A stretch of 64,000 nucleotides of DNA. Source: Lingula anatina. Its lineage: Eukaryota; Animalia; Brachiopoda. How positions within the stretch are numbered: the stretch's first letter is position 1; each line of letters opens with the position of its first letter. This document shows positions 39,232 through 51,803 of the stretch, piece by piece. The DNA is taken from the NCBI GenBank assembly GCA_051362555.1, contig CM120649.1, positions 2,232,001 to 2,296,000 of the forward strand, read 5' to 3'. A program made the translations under genes and the position numbers. The notes below the pieces were generated by a model that worked only from the letters and a program-made list of their open reading frames with translations, did no database searches and had not been told where the DNA came from.

Positions 39232-40700
39232 TCTCTGAACGGGCACTTTTTATCCGCTGTTCTTTACATCTTATATCTGAACCTTCTAAATACTACTCAA
39301 AAAACGTAATCGGACTATTCAGTGTAATTCAACGTCTGCCGTTCCTACGGACAGCTTTTAATTCCCTGTCAAAACTATTGACCAAACTATTCATTTTATA
39401 AGACTTTCCAAAGTCTGTACAAGATCCTAGTGTTTTATGAACGCCTTGGTAACACCCATGCGGTGCGCGTATGTCCAATTTTTTCATAGAACGAATGACT
39501 GTACTCACGTTCACAAACATTTGGAGTGACTCTCTAAATTATTTAAAGTGACATCTCTTAAAAGTTGTTAAACGTGGGTGGTGCCCGTAAATTTGTCATG
39601 TAAATTGAAATATCGTTTAAAAGGTGACTCCTCTTTTTAAGAGATATTAAGGAAATCGAAACTGGCATCTTGGTTATTTTCTAAAATAGGAGGATAAGGT
39701 CGTAAATCTGTCACGTGTCAAGATAAGCCGGCGTGCGACCTGACAGGGTCACGAGCAAAGGGCGGTTAATCACACTGGATTAGAACTTGAATGTACAGAT
39801 AGCCTCTTCAGTTATTAACACATACTCTACAGTCATCTAGGTAAATTATGAGACCCCTTTTTAATAAATGTAAGGGGTAGTCAAAAACATCTTGGCAAAG
39901 GCCCCATTGCAAATAAACAAATAAATGGATTTAAAGAAAAGAAAAAAGAAAACGGGATGCAGCCTAAATTTCTCGCAATATACTTTACAATTACAGTCAA
40001 TGATTATGGGTGAACTTTCATCTACGGTCAACTGCAAATATTTTGAATTTTATTGATCTTTTTACACTAGAGAACAGAAATCAATTATAGCAAGGCAACA
40101 TTTTGGTCTCCAAATAATCAAATCGCTACTTGAAAAGATGCTTAAGTCTCCCCTAACTGTCAAACCCAATTTATGACCTCTGTTTTTTAATACAAATATA
40201 TTTGACGTTCCTTCTGTATATTACAAGTAGCAGAAAGGGGAAAGGGTCCGACACAAATTTATTACAGGTCGTAGTCATTCACGACCTACCGCACTTCTGC
40301 GACATGACACATCCATCTTTTTAAACAGTTTTAAGTCTTTTAAGTCACCAATTTAAACTTGTCAGCTTTCAAGAGAAACCGGGGAACACTGGAAGTATTG
40401 GCAGATGCCAGTTTGCGGGGGACAGTATATCATTCCAATATAGAACACGTAGAATCTAAATTGCCGTTTGACTACAAATATTTGAAAGAATTTTTTATGA
40501 AATGAGAAAAAAAAAAAAAAAAAAAAAAACAGCTGACATTACCTCACATTTACCGTAATGGGTAAGTTTGAAGTATCGCAACAAGAAATACACACAGATA
40601 TGTAACGGAAATGGAAAAAGACCCACAACAAGTGAATGTCACTTTATTTATTTATTTATTTATTTATTTAATTGACCGCCTACCTCTTGTTCTCCTTCAG

Positions 40701-40839
40701 ACTTACACTCCATCCTATCGCCCAAACTACGTCAACTCGAGAATAGATATAAAAAACTTTGGTCCCCACCACCAAGGCAAATACACCTGTATGTCCAGTA
40801 ATGAGATGGGATCTATGGAGAAATCTATGACGCTTATGG
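40701..40839 (+). CDS. Ig protein exon 7 (Ig3, C-half)
   Basis: CCTTCAG| TYTPSYRPNYVNSRIDIKNFGPHHQGKYTCMSSNEMGSMEKSMTLM |GTAAGC. Confidence 0.92.
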
Positions 40840-41365
40840 GTAAGCCTATTCTGACATTTAATCTATTATTAATAGTTTGTAAAGACCGTAGTATTGGTAT
40901 AATAAATTTTAGTAGATTTTATTGTATATTGTATATTATAAATGAATAAATAAATAATTGTTGTTATTACTGATATTATTATTATTAAAGGGATAATAGC
41001 TCTTCGTATGAGATTTATATTTTGCAATAAAAACATTGTGAATAACTCACAGAAATATAATATATTCTGTTTTACCACAAAAACGGCAGGTATAACTATT
41101 TTTTCTGATATCTGAGCTTGTCCTTAGACCAAGTGACCTCCATTGATGGCTATGCTGTGTTAAAATCTCTTAAGAGATTTTAACAAAAAAACAAACTTTT
41201 TAGAAAAAACCAGGGACTAACTTTGAATGTAAAAATTGATTCATTAACCATTGGCAAGTATGGGAAAATTGTTGTTTACTCCAGGAAAATTAATTTTTTG
41301 GCCGAAACGAAAAGTTATTATCCCTTTAAATTGTGTGCAGTGCTCTCGTCATCTATTGAAAATAA

Positions 41366-42500
41366 GGCCACACTTTTTTATTTTTATGGATGACATCCTC
41401 TGGGGACCCCAAAATCGGTGCGAGCGGGCGAAAAAAAAAAAAACAGTCCAAAAAAAAAAAAAAAAACTGCTTAAGAAAAGTTATGTTTTCAGTACACAGC
41501 TGGAAACACTAATTTACCACAGAAACACGTATCAAACTAACAACATGTCTTTATCCATGCTCTCAAAATATTAAAGCATTGTGAATAGGGACTACTTCGT
41601 AGAAAGGTAAAAAGTCATGAATATAGGCCTATAGGCCCTATATGCTGCATATTACCAAATCTATTTAAGGTTATTTCATGCATTCTGTTGGTATAGCAAT
41701 CAATAAAACAAATATCAAATAAACAGCGTGTCTTTATTTGTACTCTCAGAAAATTTAAGAATTGTGAACACTTCACAGAATTGTTAAAAAATGAAGCAAA
41801 GATAGGCCTATGCTTCCTACTACCAAATCTAAAAAAGGTTATTTCGGTCGATGCCATTTTGTCTACTTCGACTCACACGTAGCAGCCAACTATCGGGTGG
41901 CCTGTCCGACCTTCAGTCCACCAAATACCACGACGCTCTTGTCGACCCTTTTTTCGCTACAAAAAAAAAACCTGGTAAGCCTATGTGCTGCTTTGGACAG
42001 AATGTCACTGAAATTTTCCGGGTGATGATCGCTGGCCGCGGCCAGCCTTTCGTATAATTGTATAAAGGTGATATCTCCATGTCCAATATCAATGGCAAAC
42101 CAATCCAAAACGACGGCCCCCGTTCTCTTTATGACTTTAATTGTCGTGTATTTTAAAATTAATGCTAGAAATGAATTTGACGGCAAAGCGGCCATATTTC
42201 CACGTGGTGATAATACGCATGCGCAGAAAGCTCATTTTCCGCACTCGGAACTACTCGGATGTCTCCGCAGTCGAGAATGACAGCATGGAGCTTGCGGAAT
42301 TAGCCGAGGATTGCCGATTGCATTTTCCGGCAAATTCAATAACGACGTTTGCGACAACCAACTTCCTTGGGGGGGGGGGGGGGGGGGGGGGGGCGGGGGG
42401 GCCGGGGGGGGGGGGGATTTTTTTTTTTTTTTTTTTTGGAGAACGGAAGAAAATCGGTGCGCGCGCAGGATGTCATCCATAAAATTAAAAAAGTGTGGCC
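41366..42500. mobile_element. 1.1-kb non-autonomous TIR transposon with TAA target-site duplication (PIF/Harbinger-like)
   Basis: TAA|GGCCACACTTTTTTATTTTTATGGATGACATCCT ... AGGATGTCATCCATAAAATTAAAAAAGTGTGGCC|TAA; no transposase ORF inside. Confidence 0.85.
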
Positions 42501-42729
42501 TAACGAGGTTTGTGGGTTTGGTTGGAGTGGGCGAGCGGTCTCCAGTAATTAGGTTAAATTCATTAAGTCCACCTGAAGCTATACATTTAAAAAGGAAACG
42601 GAAAGTAAAAATATTTAACATAGGAAAATATAGGCCTATTTAAAAAAGGCATAAGTAGGCCTATCTCAATGAAGAGAAAAGATGACATTTTTATTATTAT
42701 TACTCATGGTCTGATACGTTTATTTACAG

Positions 42730-43157
42730 GAAAGAAGGATGTTGTTGGAGGGAATCAGTTACCGCAAGTTTTGTTGTCCGACTTTCCGACAGACGATGAA
42801 GACATCGTACGAGGCCTGAAAAAGACGAACAACAACAAACAAGATGGCGCACCTGACGAAGACGATGATGAAGGGAGCGGAATGGACACTGGACGAAATT
42901 CGTCTTCCAATGCTCAGAGAAAATTTGATTCAAAGCCTAGCTTTCAAATAACACGAGATCCTAATAGTGACAGACGGCCGTTTTACCGTGGTGACAGACG
43001 ACTGTCATGGCGCACGTCACGTGCAAGACAATACCGCGGCCGAGTCCCGCAAAATGTAAGACACTACAACAGCAGACGATGGGGCGTGCGGACGTCGGGG
43101 AACTGGAGGAAAAGTGGAAGATCATCACAAACGCAGACGAACTCTCGTCGCCCATAA
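42730..43157 (+). CDS. Ig protein terminal exon 8: hydrophilic tail, acidic then Arg/Ser-rich
   Basis: TTTACAG| phase-1 join gives GKKDVVGG...; frame stays open for 428 nt to TAA; no hydrophobic segment. Confidence 0.8.
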
Positions 43158-46100
43158 TACAGTTGCTTGTATACGACAAAAAGATTCTGTTTTGACAAGA
43201 AAAATGTTCGTAAATCCTAAAAAGAGCTGTAAATAGTAATGATTTTGGGTTTGCGTGCATGTCAGTGACTTCTACATAATTTGGCTTTTCTATCACCGAA
43301 AAGATAAAGTTTGATACTCGTTGCTGTCATGCACAAGTGATTTTCAGATAGATAGCATTTGGTATGTCCAGTTTGGACAATGATTATAACCACTAACCAT
43401 TCTATTCATCTGTGCCTAAAACCCAATCACAGTAGAGTCATTGGCGTAACTAAAGTAATTGAACGATGGATAAAATAATTAAGCACTTTTCTTGTCTTTG
43501 AAAGATGCATAGCGTTTCCGGAGATAAGGCAATCATGACGTCACGTGCTAGCTCCCGAAGAAGAAGAAGAAAAAAAAAAAAAAAAAAAAAACGAGGGAAA
43601 GTATTCGCCCATGGATACAGTAAAGAAGTAAACGCATATCAACCTTGATTCGTTTTTATTCAGCAATATTTCCTTTGCCTAATGCAATTAATGTTTTGTA
43701 CATAGACCTATTCTCTCTGTAAATATTAATTGTCAATTTGCGTGTATATGGTTTCTATATATATATCGGGGGGGGGGGGGGGGGGGGGGGAGAGGGGGGT
43801 CTGGGTTTGTGCAAGCTTGATGTTATAAGTTTTATAAAGCTAATTCAAATAGTTTAATCTCACATATGATTGAATGAAATTGTATTTATTCCGATGTTGT
43901 TTCCAAATTTGTGTTTAAAGATGGAATATTAAAAGTCTGCAGCGACACAAAAGATGCAACAGCAATACCCACGGGTCAAAATGTTGAATTAAGCAAGTGG
44001 TTGGAGTGTGTTAGTAGGGATTCTGCTTCATTGTGTCGGATGAGAATGTAGTTGTGACAAAATGCACCCATGCATTGTAATGAAAACGGAAATGATGACG
44101 TGCACGCATATAATAAATTGATTTCTCTAAAAGGCATCTCTTATTCTTTTTGTAATGAGGTTTTGTAGATCATATGACTAATTTTCCTGGTGCTGTCTTC
44201 CATTTCATATCCATTGCAGTAGAAAAAAAAACTTATTTCCAGTTTTGGCAGCGAAATATGTGCATCTTTACCGTTATGTTGTTCTTCGAGATCTCCACAG
44301 CTATAAGAGCAAGGGTTGCGTTCATTTGTGTTTCAAATTGCTGCTCAGAAATCAATCAAGAGTTTCAAAGTCAAATTTTCTAGAAAACTAAGCTCCATGA
44401 ATTAAGCAATATCAAATTTAATGAGACGTTTGTGCCTGGCGACAGTGGCTTCGTAATAAACACTGTTGGGTCTGAGCCGTGCCCCCCCCCTCCCCCCCCA
44501 ACAAAAACTCTCCACTGGTTACGGTTTTGTGCCATTCTATCTGCTTCAAACATGGACACACATTGTAAACGTATCCACAAACCTTAACTCGAGGACTTCA
44601 CAGCGGACGCCTGCAATCAGGCACGATAATTCTTAAAGGAAGAGTTACGAAGGAGTTGAAACATCTTTTTTAGGAAATCTTTATTACAGATTATGTGGTA
44701 ATTGTTTTTACGAGTGAATAAGGCTGTTTTTATCTAAAATCACAATCTTCTACATTTTTTATTTATGTTGATAATTATTTCCTTAGTGCTTCTCTCTTTT
44801 TATACAAAGTCTACCGAACATTTTAAAATGGACTTTACACATAAAACAAATATATTATATATCGATAAGATCTTACGTAACTGACCATCTGTTAGAAATG
44901 CACCCCCCACCTTCCACTTGCTGACACTGTATGACGGTCATCTAATCTCGACTAGCGTGAAAAAGAGGTCGGATCAATGACGAAGGTGAACTTTTAATAC
45001 GGATCATAACATCAAGATAACCTCATTCTAGAACGAGCAACCAGGGGCTTGGGGTTTTAGGAAATCAAACTTTATCAATAAATAAAGAGGCTCGGTGACT
45101 CGAAAAATGATAATGTTCAAAGGTGTACTTTCCATGCCACGAATGCTTGATATGCCTACCCAATACCCAACTGTCGACATTGCACTGTTTGTTAATGAGG
45201 GGGGGGGGGGGGGGTAATAAAATTAATTAATAAAAAGTTATCGTAATTGGGATATCAAAAGAATGACTAAACTTTTTTGTTTTATCTTTAAAAAATCTTT
45301 AATGGTCCTGTTAATGTGTACCCAGACCTCATATTTGATATGTAGTATATTCAATTTTATTCCATTTGAATCTTCGATCAAATTTATTGTTTTTTCCAAT
45401 TGTACTACAGTAGCCGGTATCTGACCCTTTCATTCTTTGGGCTTACGTTTGATAGATCCTATATTCCAAGGAAGGGTCTACCAGATCCGCTCACTTCCAA
45501 CAGTACCAATTGCTTCCTGTCAGTAAAATTACTAGTACTAATTACGTACCACCAATGTTTGGCTCTAACTCTGACTACTTTTCATTGTTAAGTCTTAAAA
45601 AAACTTCAAACTTTTCAAAAACACGTGTTTTGAGAACGTACATGTATACCCAACTTGCTGGCCTGTAATCAAGACCCTAAATTAATCATAAACAACTGAA
45701 CCACCTTTCATAGATTGATCATGGACAGGAAGTCATTCCGTTAAATTAGAAACCTACAAATTTACAATAGCAGTTCCCCCACCCAGCAACGAGTTTCAAG
45801 GCCACGAAACTAAATCCCACATTGCATTTCTGTTCAATAAATATCGGTTAGATAACAGGACCTGAGCGCAATTTCTAGCTGAACAATAGCTAGTGTATCG
45901 TATTAAATTGACTCTTTTCACCCTGGATGCCAGAGTTTGATAATCTTCATTATCAGTTCTCTGTCATTGCGATTTTTCAAAACATACTTAACCCAAAAAA
46001 TACTTATTTACAAGTAATATATTCACAAGTATTATGGACAGATGTCTATGTTATAACAGCTAGTGGATGCTGAGGGGGTGGGGGGGTGGGGGGTGGGGTG

Positions 46101-49100
46101 GGGGGGTGGGGGGTGGGGTGGGGGGGGTGTCAGAGAGGATGCTACTGGGTGATATACATGTACCCAGTAATGCAAGAGCAGCGATGCCAATATTCTGAAT
46201 TTACTACCCGGTAGCAATTCAGAATTAATTAAGAACTTCATCGGATGAAAGCATGCTGATAACAAAGTTAAATTTCTATTAAACTCTGAAACACAGGGAG
46301 CTTCTTCTGTGTCAACCTTGACCCTCCGGTGACACTGGTGTGATTTAAATACAAAGAAAACCAAACCAAAGCCTTAATTATAAGGGAGGAAACTCGTGCT
46401 AAGAGAGTCATTAAATAATCTTTACAAAACAAGGAGGCTCGCCTCATATGTGTCTGCAATTGGCAAGTTACTCAGACGACCCATTCATATAATTAGAATG
46501 TGAAACTGAAAAGATACATTGTACCTTGAGATTCGGGCTGGACAGAAATATTATTTAAAATACACGTAATTGTAATTGAGAAACTTATATATAATTGACT
46601 TTAACAGAATTCCGAACCCCATGGTGTCAGAAAGCGCACCGGTATGATGACATTGATAATCAACGCCGATACTCCTAAACTCGTAGCAACAAAAGGCTTA
46701 AAGTACGTTAAACAGAAAAAAAGGCAATTTCATTGCCCAGAAAACTAGAGTATTCTGAAACACAGTGTGACAAAAAGCATATGGTGAAAAAGTACAGGTA
46801 TAGATATTGGTCACCGACACTTATCTGAAACTCGGGATGACAGAGAATAACTCAGGGTCCAAGAAAGTCAACGTCAGAACCCTGAGAACCAAAGTGTCTT
46901 ACGCATAATAGCAATATGATAAATCAGTTAATTACAAGGTAGAACTACAGAGCGAGACGCATTGGGAGAAAAATAGTGATGGATTGCGATTCGTTTTGAT
47001 AGTTTGTCTCTGAGATATCTACATGTGTCAATACATGTACTGGTTGACCTCTTTACAACTGGTTTATCTTAACTTGAGTTTCAACCTTGATTTTTTTTAT
47101 CAATTGAGAGGGTAAACGATAATTGGTGCTATCATTTTACGTTAAACCCAACGCCAATTATAGCACCCCGCGAAAGATTTTCTTCATATTTTGGGGTGAT
47201 TAATGTTTTTAAAGTACATGCAAGTATAAACCTTGCTCGAAAAACCATGTTAAGGCATCCGCTTGGCGTATACAGTGCGGTACTTCAAAGCACATGTGCA
47301 TACTAGTAATACATATACAGTAAATGTACTTGCAGATTTTGTCTTGAACTGCCAACCGCCAAGGACAACTTTGACCTACATTTTGCCCGAAATAGAGGTC
47401 ATTTGAAGGTCAGAAATGAACGACAGGTGGTTATCTTATCCCAGTAAGAGTACACCTGTTGATGACACCTTAGGTGTTAGTGGTATCTCTTTGAGCAAAC
47501 AAATACAATGATAGATGTGAACCGGGGTAGTGAACGTACAGGAGACGCATTTTTATTGATTCTTTAAAATATGCTGCCCAATGGCGATTTCATAATATGC
47601 GACCAAGATTCATTCTTAGAAAGTAAACCGTAGCCTATTTTTACAGACTGAATACAATATCACCACAGAATCACTCACAAGAGCATCTCAGAGTCTTTAT
47701 TAAAAAATGAGTTTTCGCTCGAAGACAAAATCACCAGGGACTACCAATCAGGATACAACCGAGTAATTTCGACCTTTTCCGTCGCATACTGGCAATAAGA
47801 TTGCAATTGGTTTGTGATTGGTTGAAAGGGAGAGGGGGGGTGTGCAATGCGGCCGAATAATTATGTGTGCGTACGTGCAGGCGATGGACGTGACATCGAA
47901 CTGTTAATTTATCATGTGTTTGCGTGCATGCACTTTTCTCGTTCCGAAATTCTGCAGTTCTACAATTTTGCAATATCGAACATTTCGTTTACTAAGACGC
48001 CAAGAAAGCCGAGAGTTTAACAGAACCCGCAAGCCAATGGGAATCGGTTTCCAAAATGTTAGAAGATAAAATATACCACCTTTAGGGCTGCTTGGCTGCA
48101 AACCGGGCAGGGACAAACATTTTGAAAATTTATAAACAACATTTTAACACTTTAAAATGTATTTTCACAAGTAACTGTGTCTCTTTGGTTAAGTGTCGTG
48201 ATGCCCCATACACAGCCGGTTCACTGTGACTAGTGACCACGCTGAAAAAAAATTATCTCCTAAATACACAAAAAGGGGGTACAATATCAACCTCTTTTGA
48301 ATCAAGGGTCGCTGAACCCCATTAAAATAACGTGTGTTTATTTCGAATTAATAGTTTTCCATGACGACATCAAAGCGCCGTGCGGCGTCCTAGTCTATTC
48401 AAGTCCGACAGTGAGTAACGACGTTCCGATTCGCCACCATCAACTTCTATTAACTACACAGAAAAAAACTAGATCTCGGACCGTGACATGGGCTTCTGTC
48501 AATGTGGTTTTGTCCATTTTAATTATCTTTCAGTAGGTGCAGTTTTCGCCGCCCGACACTATAAACTTTACCGCGACATTTTTGTCCCGCAAGAAACATC
48601 GTTTGCTGACGCATATCGTACGGAAGGAAACGTCGTTCGCGCAAATTGAGCAAATGATTCCCGTTTTGAAATTTCGTTTTGGAAAGCTCACCCTCCCAAA
48701 AAAAAAAAAAAAGCCCAGATTTAATACGACAAAAAAAGTCTTCGATGGCCGAATAGTTCCCCGTTTGTAGTTGTTTCTCGGTGTGAAATGCCCTGCATCT
48801 TCATAACCATGCATCTTTATTGAAGAGATAGACTCGACATTTTACGTGTTTAAAAGTTAAATAGAAGCGTGTGACATGACTTGTGTACACAACCATTCCA
48901 CAGCAAGGGTAATATATTTACCCAGTAAAGGCACAGCCCAAAATAGCTTTAGTGACGGAAAAGTACCAGGTCTTGTTTACATTTAAATTGGTATAATAAA
49001 TAATAAAAAAAAATGTATTTCACGTCTCAGTGACCTTTACAAGTGTACAACATAGTGGCGGTACGCATAGTCGAGTCTCAATGAAAAAAGTCATAAGCTT

Positions 49101-49739
49101 TATTTCATGAAGTAGAAAATTGATTGCAACTGCCCACTGCAAACTCTTCAAACTCAATCGCTGCTCAAAATGCCGTCGCCGTTCGTAAAAAAAGACCTGT
49201 TTTTGGGTGCAGCTATTACTGCTAACTCGGATAGCTGGCTACACTAAAGTCACTTTTCGTCACTTGTCTAGAAGTATTTCTAAACGTTTTGCCCCTAATG
49301 TATTAAAAGTTTTGATATCTTAATGGGCTATCATCACCACTGAGAACGACAATTATTGTCACAGTAATACACATCTTTTCTTTGGGTACAATTGAAAAAA
49401 AAAAAAAAAAAACACCAACCAACCAACCAACAAACAAATAAAAACATTGGAAGGAAACAGTATTTTGTAACACTTGTCAAAACGCTACTTTGCCGGCTAA
49501 CTTCTGAAAAAACTTTTATCGCTAAGACCGTTTTGTGAAAAAGGCCCCTGAATAGGACTTTTCTATACAGAAGCGCTTTTCTCTTTCATCTTATACCATG
49601 GGACGTACAGACGTATTGTAATGGACTGACAGCGGCTCTCTCACTAGTGCATCCAGAAGGTTGTCCTCTCCTTGACCGTTTCACAAACTGACCTTCAGAA
49701 CACTGATCACGAAAGTTGTTCTCTCCCATGCATTTTTAA

Positions 49740-49939
49740 GACTGGGTTCTCATACATAGTTCGATCCATGTGGATCGATATCTAATACCCTGGGATGTCC
49801 CACTAAATTGCTGTCAACCCCAAAGGTGATTCGGTAGGAGTGACTGACATAAAGCCGGTTACGTTGATAGTTATTTAGTGAGACTCCCCAGGGAGTAAGA
49901 CCGATCCAGATGGATCGATCTAAGCATGGGAATCCAGTC
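49740..49939. mobile_element. MITE with TAA TSD, related to 62104-62330
   Basis: TAA|GACTGGGTTCTCAT ... ATGGGAATCCAGTC|TAA; shares TAAATTGC.GTCA, AAGCCGG and TAGTGAGACTCCCC with the 62.1-kb copy. Confidence 0.8.
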
Positions 49940-51097
49940 TAATTTAAATGACCACATAAAGACGTCTACTGCAGGAGTCTGGGTCACTTAGCAAACATTT
50001 CTGTCCAATCTTTCTGACCGCGGTCAGTCAAACATTGATAAAAGAAAGATGTACATGTATATGGACATGTATAATGGACATGTAAATTTGCACACGGTTA
50101 TGTAAAGATAAAGAAACATATTACTTAATGATAAATATTGCAACATGGCAGGTTTGGAGTAAAAAGTGGGTCAAATGACACAGTTACATAATCCTTGACG
50201 TCTCATGACCCTGTTACACAAAACGGCTATAGCCCCCCCTCCATTTTGTCTTTAACTCTTAGACCCAATTAAAACTTTAAAACTTTGTCTACTTCGGTTT
50301 AAAATAGATCTGCAAAATGTATAAGTTTAACTTCAAAATTGAACGAGGTCAGTTATATTGCAGTTAACGTAAGAATGTGACAGTTTATTATTAATAAATG
50401 GGATAAAAGACTTTAAAACGTACATAAACAAGTAAAAAATAAAAACATAGAGCTTTTGAAGCTGGCACATTTTACGTACTGGTATTGACTAAGGGAGAAA
50501 TTACCATGTACCGCTAATAAGATTCAGTTTACATTTTAATCGTCCGTGAAAAAAATTACTTATCGTTTTACAGTTTTATAGCTCCATATCTTGCAACTGC
50601 AAGCGCAAAACTACGACAATATCCTTCAGCAGTAATAACGAATGTCCGTATTATGCAGTTTTAATACATAACCGTTTACAGCTTTAGCTGCGCATTGCTT
50701 ATTGTCCATTCTCTCACTGCTGCGAGTTTTTTCTAATGTAAAGCTCACATAATCATTTCAAAATTAATTTGTCGTTAATGCCATACTTGCAGGAAGCTTA
50801 GGAGACTTAATGTGCGTGGGTCCTGTATCCAGTTGATTTTTTTCTTCGTGAGAAAATATTATGATTCATCTGCATTCAGTTATTGCAGAATCTGTTGAAT
50901 TATGCTTAAACCTTTTCAAGGCCTTATCTTACGTGTAAATGAAAGAATGTATTTTCTTTTATGGCATAATTCCATTATGATTAAAAATTGCACTGCTATG
51001 AATAGATAAGTGTCACGACAACATCGGACGTAGTCCATGGCATAGAAACCGGAACCGGAAACGAATGTTTGGTTGCTACAGCCACAGTGACCGCGTC

Positions 51098-51192
51098 TCA
51101 TCCAACACTCATATTTTTACGTGATCTGAACACGTCTCTAGCTGCCAGCGGGATAAACAACAGAATGATCGACCCAAGTAGCAAACATCCAC
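51098..51192 (-). CDS. SLC16/MCT-family transporter, last coding exon (TM12 and stop)
   Basis: TTCTAG| GGCLLLGSIILLFIPLAARDVFRSRKNMSVG*. Confidence 0.88.
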
Positions 51193-51488
51193 CTAGAAAT
51201 CAAATGAATAGCAAATAAAGCCATTAATTTCGTGGGTTCCCGTAGCTATAACCATGCACATCATTGACAAGGAAGTGCAATACGTCAATAGCAGTTCTTT
51301 CTAGTTTTTTTCTTTCATATGAAATGCCTTATGTTGTTGACATTTATGTCAAACGTTATTAATCATAAATGAAACCTATTTGCAGTAGCGATTAGCATTG
51401 AAAAATAACGTCGCATCATTATGCCAACTTAAATTATAAACTGGATACTTGTTACCATATTACACGATGATTGCAACAAGTATCTTAC

Positions 51489-51539
51489 CTGCAATATAAA
51501 AGGAGTACTGGTAGTCTTGTGTGATGTCGTACAAGTATC
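51489..51539 (-). CDS. SLC16/MCT transporter, 51-nt exon 4
   Basis: TTCCAG| GYLYDITQDYQYSFYIAG |GTAAGA; typical SLC16 TM11-12 loop motif. Confidence 0.92.
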
Positions 51540-51803
51540 CTGGAATAGTAAATACAAACTACTTTTATTCGTTACTTATACAGGGGTTACAAGTGCACAC
51601 AGATGATGTGCGCTGGCAAGCTGTTCACAGCGAGTTTCAATTATTTGAGTGTTAACTATTGAAAAGCGTCTAAAACCATTGCCGTGCTAGGATATTTTGC
51701 ATCGCTCTTTCTTGTAGTTTTACTTTCAATGCATCATCAGCTATAATTCAAATATTGCGTGAAAAGACGAGAATTTCGAAAGAAGCCATCCCTAGTGACT
51801 TAC

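Noticed and set aside
41890-42643. Overlapping Gly/Pro/Phe-rich ORFs as a possible transposase
   Set aside because: They come from G and T homopolymers inside the TIR element; no DDE-like motif is visible.
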